Part shown: piece after piece, positions 8,963 to 20,000 of the stretch | Layout of the letters: every line of letters starts with the position of its first letter | Position numbering within the stretch: position 1 is the stretch's first letter | Origin: an uncultured delta proteobacterium | GTDB lineage: Bacteria; Myxococcota; Myxococcia; SLRQ01 | Assembly: GCA_963727485.1 (NCBI GenBank) | Contig: CAVSGM010000001.1 | Span: 928,001 to 992,000 of the forward strand | Length of the DNA stretch: 64,000 nucleotides | Direction of reading: 5' to 3' | Made by a program: the position numbers and the translations under genes | Notes under the pieces: generated by a model | What the model was told of the DNA's origin: nothing | The model's input: the letters and a program-made list of their open reading frames with translations, nothing else | Databases searched by the model: none

Positions 8963-9883
8963 CGCCCGAAGCCCCGTCGCCCGTGTCCGAAGCCCTCGCC
9001 ACCGCGCCGCTCCACCTCACCTGCGAGTCCTGCGGGGCGGCCCTCACCGTGGCGCCGGAGATGGCGCACCACCGTGTGCCCCTACTGCGCGGCGGCGGCG
9101 GTCATCGAGCGGCCGGCGGGGGACGGCGCCGAGGACCCGGTGTTCACCGTGCCCTTCGTGGTACCCGAGGCGCGCGCCCGGGCGCTCGCCGCCGCCTGGG
9201 TCCACCGGCGGCGCCTGTTCACCCCCTCGGCCTTCTCCAAGGCCAAGGTCGGCGACGTGCGCGGGGTCTACCTCCCGGCGTGGCTCTACGGCGCCACCGC
9301 CCACACCGAGTACGACGTGGAGATCGGCGAGGACTACGAGAAGCGCGGCGCCGACGGGAAGGAGCACGTGACGACCGAGTGGTGGTAGTTCTCGGGGAGC
9401 CACGCCACCTACGTCCACGACGTGCTGGTCACCGCCTCCAAGGGCGTCCCCGACGACGAGCTGGCGAAGGTCGAGCCCTTCGACCTCGGGGCCCTGCGCC
9501 GCTACCGGCCCGAGCTCATCGCCGGGTGGATCGCCGAGGATCCCTCGGTGGGCAGGGGCGCCTCCCTGGGCCGCGCCCAGGAGGAGGCCAAGGCCCAGGT
9601 GGTGGGCCAGCTCGGCAGCTACCTCCCCGGCGACAGCCAGCGCGACCTCCGCATCGGCGTCCGCTTCGACGACGAGGACCTGTCCCTGGTGCTGGTGCCG
9701 GTGTGGGTCCTGGCGGTGCGCTGGCGCGAGGACAAGCCAACCGTCCGCCTCCTCGTCAACGGCCAGAGCGGCGAGGCCGCCGGCAAGGTCCCCTTGAGCC
9801 CGGTGAAGATCCTGGTGGCCAGCGTCCTGGGCCTCGGGGTCCTGGCCGCCGCCGCCGCGTACCTCTGGCCGCTGTTCCAATGA
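8959..9883 (+). CDS. YdjG-like zinc-ribbon membrane protein (frameshift ~9065, internal TAG 9386-9388)
   Basis: CESCGA..CPYC, PF..P, GVYLPAWLY, EPFDL, LVPVWV, VNGQSG...GKVP, C-terminal TM helix. Confidence 0.7.
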
Positions 9884-10862
9884 CCGTCCCCGTCGCCAGA
9901 GGCGCCGCCTGCGCCCGCTGCCAGTGCGAGCTGGCCCCCGAGGACCTGCGCTGCGCGGTGTGCGGCCTGCCGTCCCCGGAGCGCCAGGGCGAGGTCCCCG
10001 AGCGGGCCCTGGCCCAGATCCTCCGGTGCGAGGCCTGCGGGGCGGCCATCAGCTACGACGCCGCCCTCGGCGCGCCGAAGTGCGCCTTCTGCGGCGCGGT
10101 GATGCACCTGGAGGCGCCGGTGGATCCGGTGGAGCACGCCGACGCCTGGCTGCCCTTCACCATCCAGGCCGAGCACGCGAAGCGCGCCCTCGACGCGTTC
10201 CTCTCGAAGCGCCGGTTCCTCCGCCCCAGCGGGCTCGCCGCCGAGGCGAAGGTCACCGGCCTCAAGCCCCTGTGGTGGGTCGCCTGGATCTTCGACGCCG
10301 ACGGCGAGGTCACCTGGACCGCCGACTCGGACGAGGGGAGCAAGAAGTCCGCCTGGGCGCCCCACTCCGGGAGCGGCACCCTCCACCTGGAGCGGGAGCT
10401 GATCTCGGCGTCCCGGGGGCTCACCGAGGACGAGACCGCGGCGCTGGCCTCGAGCTTCCGCCTCGAGGAGGCCCGGCAGGGCACGCCGTCCGGGGTCGAG
10501 GGCGCGGTGGTCGAGCGCTTCGACGTCCAGCGCTCGGCGGCGCGCCAGCGCATCACCCTGGCCATCGAGGCCGAGGCCCAGGCGCAGGCGGAGGCGCGTT
10601 GGATCCCCGGGAGCCGGAAGCGCAACGTCCACACCGCGGTGCGCATCACCGGCCTGCGAGACCGAGCGCTACGCCCTGCCGAGCTGGGTGCTCGCCTGGC
10701 GCTACCGGGGCAAGGTCCACCGGGCGGTCATCAGCGGCCAGGACGCCACCCGGGTGGTGGGCAAGGTGCCCTTCTCGCCGTGGAAGGTGGTCGGGCTTCG
10801 TCACCGGGCTCACGGTGGCCGTCGGCGCGCTCGTCGCCGCGGCGGTCTACTTCCTCGGGTAG
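9880..10862 (+). CDS. Second YdjG-like double-zinc-ribbon membrane protein (frameshifts ~10660 and ~10790)
   Basis: CARC..CAVC and CEAC..CAFC, WLPF, ISGQ...GKVP, C-terminal TM helix. Paralogous to the upstream gene. Confidence 0.7.
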
Positions 10863-10900
10863 GCGCCGGCGCGCGCTCGGCCGGCGGCCCGGGGCGTGCG

Positions 10901-11469
10901 CTACTTGCGCTCGTAGGTCCCGACGAGCTCGGCGGTCGCCAGGGCGTGCTGCTTCGCCTCGGCCTCGAGGGCCCGGTAGTCCTTGGGCGCCGGCTCCAGC
11001 TTGTCCACCGAGAGCGCGTAGAGCGTGAAGTGGTAGTGGTGCGGGCCGTGGCCCGGGGGCGGGCAGGGGCCGCCGAAGCCGTGCTTGCCGAAGTCGTTCT
11101 TCACGCTCTGGCCCGGCAGCTTCTCGCCGGGCGCGAGGCCCTTCACCGACGCGGGCACGTCGTAGAGCCCCAGGTGCACCCAGCCCTGGGGCCGCGGGGC
11201 GTCGGGGTCGAAGACGGTGAGCGCGAAGCTCTTCGTCCCCGCCGGGGCGCCGGACCAGGACAGGGGCGGCAGGGTGTCCTTCCCCTCGCAGCTGTGGACC
11301 TTGGGGATGGGCTGCGCCGGCGGCGAAGTCGGCGCTCTCGAGCTTCAGGGTGGACTCGGCCATGGTCGGCTCCTTGTAGGCGAGGAGGGCCACCCCGGCG
11401 AGGCGCGGCGACGGCGAGGCCCAGGACGAGGCGCCGGCGGGCGCGGGGCGGGGCTTGGCGGGTCGGCAT
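10901..11469 (-). CDS. YbhB/YbcL family (PEBP, Raf kinase inhibitor-like) protein, frameshifted
   Basis: LSWSGAPAGTKSFALTVFDPDAP..WVH, NDFG..GFGGPCPPPGHGPHHYHFTLYAL. Start uncertain (11469 with a signal peptide, or 11363). Confidence 0.85.
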
Positions 11470-11727
11470 GGGGTGGCCTCCGGAACGGGTTCGGTGGGGG
11501 CCATGCTAGTCATCGGTCCCGAGGGCGTCACGCGGGCATGGGCAACCAGGTCGTGTCCGCCCAGGTGGCCACCAGCGGGGCGTTGGTCCAGCGGACCGAT
11601 GCGTCTTGCCTGCTGGATGCAGATGCTCCACCAGGGGTCGACGGAGACCTTTCACATGGTGCGCCGGCCGTTTCTCATGAAGCCCCTTGGGAGGGCTTTA
11701 CACCACTCGGGCGGACCCTAACGGGCA

Positions 11728-12268
11728 TCAGACCGAAAGCTGGTTCACCAAAGCTGAGAGATCCGCATCAGGGGGCGCGGTCATCAGCCTCAAGACTGCC
11801 TGTGTGAGCCGAAAGAATCGATGCGGTGATGATCCCCTTGCGCCGTGGGCGGCCCAAACGAATCTGATCTCCCGCATAGCGGGCGCCGGGCTCGCCGCGA
11901 GTTCCTCCCTCGCTGCTTCGGCAACTGCACGCGAGAGATCGTCGGGCAGCCCCCACCGGACCACGTCGATACGACGAGGCAATGCATCCTCGAACAGTGG
12001 CCCATCGCTCACGGTAGCTGGCACTACGACTCTTTAGCTTGTCTCCGGCGGGTAGGCGACCGCTTGCCTGAGCACCCAGCAGGCCGTAGTCGAAGCGGCC
12101 TCCTGCCGGCACCAGCATCTCGACGACCACCGTAGCTCTGTGGACCTTCGTTGCAGATCCAGCCTCGACCTCGAACGACTTCTCCGTGACCGCCGGCGGC
12201 ATGCCTTTGCCAGGAGGCTCGAACCAGACGCGGCCTTTTCGTGAGAAGGGGAGAGCGAGATCGATCAT
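11728..12268 (-). CDS. Putative immunity protein for the upstream Rhs toxin tip (frameshift ~12030)
   Basis: ATGA overlap with the toxin stop and lower GC. Joins ORFs 11768..12268 and 11728..12024 into ~180 aa. Confidence 0.6.
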
Positions 12269-13361
12269 TTGATGCCCCAGAATGCCTTGGTTCCGGCGTC
12301 AAACCACTCGCTGAACTCGGCAACAACCTCGGGTGCGTACAGTTGAGCGTAGTTCATACCTTCGTCAAGTGCGTATGTTGCCAAAGCTGCTGCATGAGCT
12401 TCTTGGTACTCCATGCCGCCCTGGCGGAGGCCAAGCTCTAGCGATCTCGTGCAGATAGAATTGCGCATCTGCACCGGTGAGGGGCGCCCCGGCGTCGATG
12501 GCGGCCTCGAGACGGGAGACCATCGCCGCGTTGTAGGGCTCCGAATCCGCGCCCAGTTCGGTGAGGTTCTGCACCACGAGCCCGAGCCCCTCATCTGTGG
12601 CCTGCACCCCATACCTGACCGCGGATACCGCGCCGCAGGCGCCTGCGTAGGCCGCTTCGCCACCCTCAACGGCATCTCCGATACCGAAAGTGGCGATGCC
12701 GATTGCCGCGTTTGAGAAGAGCCACGCGCCCGCGTTCGCCCACGGGCCGTCCGGCGGATCCGGAGTCCAATCGAGCCCATGGTAGTGCGCGAAGATCGTC
12801 CCATGACCCCCGACGAAGTACCAGTCGGATCCATCGGGAGAAGCCAGCTTCAGCGGGTAGCCACCGTTTGGATCTGCCCATCCGGCAGGGTTGTCGAAGG
12901 CGTACTGGTAGGGGTTGCCCGACGACGTTGCCGGCGCCAGCTGGGCAGCGGCCAGGCGTCCACGACCTCCATCGGCTCCAGCGCCGTGAACTGCCCCATG
13001 TCGGGGGCGTAGTAGCGGGCGCCGTTGTAGTCCCAGTCGGTCTCGGGGTCGTGGTACTCGCCCGGGGCGCGCAGGGGGATCCAGACCGGTGAGGCGCCGG
13101 TCTCGTACATCTGGCAACGGTGACCCAGTCGGTGACCACGCGACCCTGGTGTGCGCCGCCGACGTGTCCGGCCGCGAGAAGGTCGGCGCCGGTGCCGTGG
13201 TCGGTCAGGGTGGCGTAGTCGGAGGAGAGGCTGGCGGTGTCGACGTCGTGGAACCGCGCCCGGGCGCGCATGGACATGCCGGCGGGGATGGGCGGCGCGA
13301 AGGTCGCCAGCACGGCGTTGGTGCTCGCCGCGTAGGGGTGGGCCCCGGTGTCGACCCTGCG
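12265..13361 (-). pseudogene. Orphan Rhs C-terminal fragment: CUB-like insert, Rhs core and toxin tip
   Basis: HPY-starting segment, PLRAPGEYHDPETDWDYNGARYYAPDMGQF, NPYQYAFDNPAGWADPNG (DPxG), then a ~200-aa tip with FYLHE..EAHAAAL. TAG TAG lies directly upstream, there are no YD repeats, and there are several frameshifts. Confidence 0.8.
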
Positions 13362-13538
13362 CTACTACCCTCGGCGACTGTCCGGATCCAGGACGCCAAC
13401 CCGGGGGACGTCCCCCGCAAACCGCCCGGGAATTGGGCACAACCCCCCGGAATCCTTTGCCGCGGGAGGTAAAGTGACCCCTCGGCGCAACTGTGGTTCC
13501 ATGCCGCCCCCCCAGCCCAGTCCCGCTCTGGAGGCAGC

Positions 13539-16500
13539 ATGCTCCGCGCCAAGCACCTCGGTATCCTCGCCCTCGCCCTCGTCGTCTCCGCCTGCAACCC
13601 CGCAGGCGGCGCCGGCCCCGCCCCCGTGTTCATCCGCGGGGCCCAGGGCCGCTTCGACCCCACCGTCTCCGGCGGCCCCCAGAATCGCGGGCCTGCGCAC
13701 CGAGCTGGTGGGCGCCCGGGCGCCGTTCATCGTCCAGTTCCAGGGGCACGTCACCGTCGCCGAGCGCCAGAGCCTGAAGCGGGCCGGCGCCACCATCGTC
13801 GCCTACCAGCCGGACAACGCGCTGTTGGTCCGCGTCGCCCCGGGGGCGGCCAAGACGCTGCGCCAGCTCTCCGGCGTCCGCGCCGTGGTCCCCCAGAGCC
13901 CGGCGATGCGCCTCCAGTCCTCGCTCCTGGCCCGCGCCGACGGGCACCTCGTCCCCGCCACCAGCCTCAAGCCGGTGGAGCTGCTCATCCAGGTCCCCGA
14001 TGAGGACGCCCAGGTGGCCGTGTCCCAGACCGTCGGCGCCATGGGGGGCAAGCTCGACCAGCTCTCCAGCTCCGGCCACTACATCTCCGCCACCCTCCCG
14101 ACGGCGGCGGCGGCCGAGCTCGCCGCGCGCAGCGACGTCCTCTGGGTCCAGAAGGCCGACCACTTCCATGTCCTCAACGACCAGGCGCGGTGGGTGATCC
14201 AGTCGGGCTCGGGTCAGGCCAACGTGGGCCAGACCCCGGTGTGGGACGCGGGCATCACCGGCCAGGGCCAGATCATCGGCATCGCCGACAGCGGCATCAA
14301 CACCAGCAACTGCTTCTTCGCCGACGTCTCCAACAAGATCCTCAAGTACGACCTCCTGGGCGGCGCCACCCAGGGTGACGAGATCGGCCACGGCACCCAC
14401 ACCTCGGGCAGCCTCGCCGGCAACACCAACAACTCGAGCTACAGCAAGTACGACGGCCAGGCGAAGGACGCCCAGCTCTACTTCCAGGACGCGTCGAACC
14501 AGAGCGACGCCGCCCAGGGCAGCCTCTCGGGCATCCCCAACGACCTCTCCACCGGGCTCTTCCCCGCGCCCTACGCCGCCGGCGCCCGGGTCCACTCCGA
14601 CTCCTGGGGCGGCCAGACCTCGAGCTACGACGCCAACGCCCAGCAGGTCGACGAGTTCGTCGCCGCCCACCCGGACATGCTGGTGGTCTTCGCCAACGGC
14701 AACGCCGGGCCGGCCGCCGGCAGCGTGGGCAGCCCCGCCACCGCCAAGGACCTCATCTCCGTGGGCGCCACCGAGAACCCCACCGCGAGCACCCCCGACG
14801 CCGCCGAGCAGATGGCCTCGGTCCAGGGCCAGGACTTCTCCAGCCGCGGGCCGACGGCCGACGGTCGCATCAAGCCGACCCTCACCGCCCCGGGCGCCAT
14901 GATCAACTCCGCCGACTACCAGCAGAGCTGCGGGGTCAAGGCCGACGCGGGCACCTCCATGGCCACCCCGACGCTGGCCGGCGGCGCCACCCTGGCGCGC
15001 GAGTACTTCACCGACGGCTTCTACCCCTCCGGCTCGAAGAACAGCGCCGACGCCCTCAAGCCCAGCGCCGCCCTCCTCAAGGCGGTGCTCATGGCCGGCG
15101 CCGACGCCATGACCGGCTCCACCGCCGGCAAGCTCCTGTCCATGTCCCAGGGCTTCGGCCGGGTGAACATCGGCCACGCCCTCTACTTCGCCGGGGACTA
15201 CGCCAAGGACCGGCTGTGGATCCACGACGACAAGACCGGGGTGAACACCTCTGACGCCCCGACCTTCAACCTCACCACCGACCGCGCCGGGCCCCTCAAG
15301 GTCGCCCTGACCTGGACCGACCCGGCGGCGAGCGCCGGAGCCAACCCCGCCCTGGTCAACGACCTCGACCTCACCGTCACCGCCCCCGACGGCACCGTCT
15401 ACGCCGGCAACGCCATGCAGAGCGGCCAGTCGGTCCCCGGCGGCAGCGCCGACCACAAGAACGTCGAGGAGCTCGTCTACGTCCCCTCCGCCGCCCAGGG
15501 CACCTGGGTGGTGACCGTCAAGGGCAACAACGTGCCCAGCGGGCCCCAGACCTTCGCGCTGGCCGCCGTGGGCGAGGTGCAGGTCTCCGGCCAGGGCACG
15601 CCCACCAAGGACCCCCCGGGGCCCCCGCCGCCGCCGCCGCCCCCGAGCAAGTGCACCGACGCCGTCGTCTCGCCGCTCCAGGCCGACGTGGGCTGGGTGG
15701 ACAGCCTGGTCACCACCCAGGCCAACTTCTTCGGCGACGACGACATCTACGTGTCCAACGGCCCCGACTCGCAGAACCAGAACGGTGACCGCTACGGCGT
15801 CATCCAGGTGCCCATCAACGTGGCGCGGGGCGAGACCCTCGACCACCTGAGCCTCGCCCTGACCACCCAGACCTCGGCGTGGCTCCAGCCCGGGACCACC
15901 TTCACCTTCGACGCCGTCGACCTGCCGGCGCTCACCACCAGCACCAGCTACAGCGACGTCAAGAACGCCTCGGTGCTGGCGACCTCCCCGGACCCGGTGG
16001 ACGACAGCATGATCTCCGACAGCGCGGAGAACATCGTCACCTTCCCGGCGAACGCGGTGAGCAGCGCCAACCTCCTGACCGTGCGCATCCACGCCACCGC
16101 CTCCACCTGGTCGATGACCAGCTGGGACTCGGGCTACCCGACCACCGCGTCGAGCGGCGACAGCACCCCGGGCCTGGGCATCAAGCCGGTGGTCGGCCTC
16201 TGCTGGCAGAGCACCACCCCGCCCCCGCCCACGACCCTGAAGATGAACACCGTCGGAGACCAGACCGGCGCCGAGTCCCAGGCCCTGGACATCAAGCCCA
16301 CCCTGGCCTCGGACCCGAAGCTGGCCGCCGAGGTGTGGAGCGCCACCGGCCTGCCCCAGGGCGCCAACCTCGATTCCAGCACCGGTGAGATCACCTGGAC
16401 CCCGAGCTACCAGCAGGCCGGGACCTACCCGGTCACCCTCACCGTCACCGAGGGCTCGGCGACCGACAGCCAGTCGTTCACCGTCACCATCAACAACACC

Positions 16501-17004
16501 CCCCGGGACCCGGTGTTCACCCCCGTCGCCGACCAGACCGTGCAGGCCGGCAACACCGTGAGCTTCCAGGTGCAGGCCCCCGACCCCGACGGCGACGCGG
16601 TGAAGATCACCGTGACCGCCGGGCCCTCGGCGGCGACCTTCACCAACGACACCTTCTCCTGGACGCCGAGCAACGCCGACGTGGGCCAGCACACGGTGAC
16701 CTTCACCGCCACCACCATCGACCACGACTCGGTGACCATGGACGTGCACATCACCGTGACCCAGGGGACGACCAGCGGGAACGACGGCGGCAGCACCGGG
16801 GGCACCGACGGCGGGACCACCGCCGGCAACGACGGTGGGAGCACCGGGGGCACCGACGGCGGCACCGGCCAGGTCGGCGGCGGCGGCGCCGGGAACGCCA
16901 CCGGGTGCGCCTGCTCCTCGACCCAGGGCAGCCCCGGCGGGCTCCTGCCCATCGTCTTCGGGCTCCTGGGCCTCGCGGCCCTGCGGCGGCGGCGCCAGGC
17001 CTAG
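13539..17004 (+). CDS. S8 subtilase lipoprotein with Ig-like repeats and MYXO-CTERM (frameshift ~13683)
   Basis: Lipobox VVSAC; catalytic IADSG/HGTH/NGNAG/GTSMA; LTWTD..NDLDL domain; 2 Ig-like repeats; GCACSS..LLGLAALRRRR tail. Confidence 0.9.
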
Positions 17005-17081
17005 GCGCGACGCAAAACATGCCGGCAGCCGGGTCCTTCCCGGGCCCGGAGGATCGGGTACAGTCGACGGTGGGAGGCACC

Positions 17082-20000
17082 ATGCACCGTCACGTACCCG
17101 TCCTCGCCGGGGCGCTCGCCCTCGCGCTCTCCGCCTGCACCGCCACCGGCTCCGATCCCGGCACGCCCCGGATCCACACCGCCCTCGGGAGCTTCGATCC
17201 CACCGCCACCACCGGGCCGGCCCTCGCCGGCCTGCGCACCGTGCGGGTGGGACCGACGGCGCCGTACATCGTCCAGTTCGGCGGCCACGTGACCCTCGCC
17301 CAGCGCGAGGCCCTGAAGGGCGCCGGGGCGACCCTCGTCGCCTACCAGCCCGACGACGCCTTCGTGGTCCGGGCCTCGCCCACCGTGGCCGCCGGGCTCT
17401 CCGCCGTCGCCGGGGTGCGGGCGGTGGTGCCCCAGGGCCCGGCCCTGCGCCTCCAGCCGGCGCTCCTCTCGCGCGTCGCCGGCCAGCTGGCGCCGTCGCT
17501 CGAGCTGACCCCCACCCGGATGCTGGTCGAGGTCCCGGACGAGGACGCCCAGGTCGCCGTGGCCCAGGCCGCAAGGTCCCTGGGCGGCACCGTCGACGCG
17601 CTGGCCGCCGGTGGGCGCTACCTGAAGGTGACCCTGCCGCTCGCCGCCGCCCCGGAGCTCGCCGCCCGCAGCGACGTCACCTGGGTCCAGAAGGCCGACC
17701 GCTTCCACGTGCTCAACGACGAGGCCCGGTGGGTGATCCAGGCCGGCAGCGGCCCCGCCAACGTGGGCCTCACCCCCGTGTGGGACCACGGCCTCACCGG
17801 TCAGGGACAGGTGGTGGGCATCGCCGACAGCGGCATCGCCGGCTCGGGCTCGGGGACCAGCTTCAGCTCCACCAGCTGCTTCTTCTCCGACGTTGCGAAC
17901 AAGATCGCCTACTACGAGGTGCTCTCGGGGGCGGCGTCCGGCGACGAGATCGGCCACGGGACCCACACCTCCGGGTCCATCGCCGGGAACACCACCAACA
18001 CCAGCATGAGCCAGTACGACGGCCAGGCCAAGGACGCGCAGCTCTACTTCCAGGACATCGGGGCCTCGAACCAGACCCTCCAGGGCCTGCCCGCCGATCT
18101 GTCCACCGGGCTCTTCCCCAACGCCTACAACTTCGGGGCCCGGGTCCACAGCGACTCCTGGGGCGCCACCACCTCCAGCTACGACGCCTACGCCCGGCAG
18201 GTCGACGTCTTCGTCGCCGCCCACCCCGACTTCCTGGTGCTCTTCGCCAACGGCAACGCCGGCCCCACCGTGGGCAGCGTGGGCAGCCCGGCGACCGCCA
18301 AGGACCTCATCTCCGTGGGCGCCACCGACAACGCCACCCCGGCCGACGCGACCCGCGCCGACTACATGGCGAACGCGTCGAACAACCTGTACTCCAACAC
18401 CTCGTTCTCCAGCCGCGGGCCCACCGCCGACGGGCGCATCAAGCCGACCCTCACGGCGCCCGGCGCCTTCGTGACCTCCGCCGACTGGAAGAGCGCCTGC
18501 GGCGTGGTCCCCGATCCCGGCACGTCCATGGCGACCCCGACGCTGGCCGGCGGTGCCACCCTGGCCCGCCAGTACTTCCGCGAGGGCTTCTACCCCACCG
18601 GCGCCAAGACCGCGGCCGACGCCATGCAGCCGAGCGCCGCCCTCCTCAAGGCGGTGCTCATGGCCGGCGCCGACGCCATGGACGGCCCCAACGCCGCGCC
18701 CATCCCCTCCATGGACCAGGGCTTCGGCCGGGCGAACGTGGGCCACGCCCTCTACTTCACCGGCGACCCCGCCGAGGACCGCCTCTGGATCCACGACGAC
18801 GCCACCGGCCTCAACACCAATGACGCGCCCAGCTACAGCCTCCACACCGACCGGGCGGGCCCCCTGAAGGTGGCGCTGACCTGGACCGACCCGGCGGCGG
18901 CCTCCGGCGCCAACCCGGCCCTCGTCGACAACCTCGACCTGCGGGTGATGGCCCCCGACGGCACCATCTACAAGGGCAACGTGATGAGCGGCGGCGTGTC
19001 CGTGACCGGGGGCGCCGCCGACAGCAAGAACGTCGAGGAGCTCTTCTACCTCCCGAACGCGCCGGCGGGCACCTGGGGGGTGCAGGTGGTCGGGACCAAC
19101 GTCCCCTCCGGGCCCCAGACCTTCGCCGTCGCCGCCGTGGGCGAGGTGGTGGTGGGCCGCCAGGGCGCGCCCTCGGCCGATCCCGCGCCGCCGCCGCCGC
19201 CGCCTTCGCCCCCGGCCAAGTGCACCGACGCCACCATCTCCCCGGTGCAGAGCGCCGTGGGCTGGGTGGACAGCGCCGGCGGCTACGCCACCAAGAATGC
19301 CAAGAACGCCTTCGGCGACGACGACATCTACGCCTCGGCGGGCGTCGACCCGACCAACCAGTACGGCGACCGCTTCGGCGTCCTCCAGGTGCCCATCACC
19401 GTGCCCCCGGGCAAGACCCTCGACCACCTGACCCTCACCGTCACCAGCCAGACGCCCTGGTTCGTCCTCGCCGGGACCAACTGGACCTTCGACGCGGTGA
19501 ACCTGCCCGCCCTGTCCACCAGCACCACCTACGCCAACGTCCAGGCCGCGTCGGTCCTCGACACCGCACCCCAGTCGGTCACCGACCTCCAGGTGGCGAA
19601 GTACGCCGAGGACACGGTCACCTTCGCCCCGGCGGCGGTCGACGCCAACGGCCGGCTCACCGTCCGCATCCACGGCAATGGCGTCGCCGGCTCCATGGAG
19701 AGCTGGGACTCGGGCTTCCCCAACGGGAGCACCACCGATCCCAACCCGGGCCTGGGCATCCCGCCGGTCGTCGGCCTCTGCTTCGTCCCGCCGCTGGCGA
19801 TGAACGCCATCCCGGGTCAGACCGTGGACGAGAACGCCGCGCTCACCGTGACTCCGTCGCTGGCCACCGACCCCAAGGTCGCGACCCCGACGTGGAGCGC
19901 CACCGGCCTGCCCACCGGGGCCAGCCTCGACCCGGGCACCGGCGTGCTCACCTGGACCCCGACCTACAGCCAGGCGGGGACCTACACCGTGACCCTCACC

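Noticed and set aside
9386..9388. Pyrrolysine or amber recoding
   Set aside because: No pyl genes are seen, TAG is used as a normal stop throughout the window, and the protein family is not a known Pyl user.
111..11028. Giant fusion proteins implied by ORFs 111..3005, 2992..6123 and 6865..11028
   Set aside because: Artefacts of indels and rare stop codons. Internal starts and overlapping stop/start pairs define separate genes.
11680..11698. AAGCCC-N7-GGGCTT hairpin as a terminator after the immunity gene
   Set aside because: Short stem and no U-tract on the relevant minus strand.
11470..13500. Lower-GC islet as an IS or prophage
   Set aside because: No transposase, integrase or terminal repeats were recognised. 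The content is explained by an Rhs tip and immunity gene.
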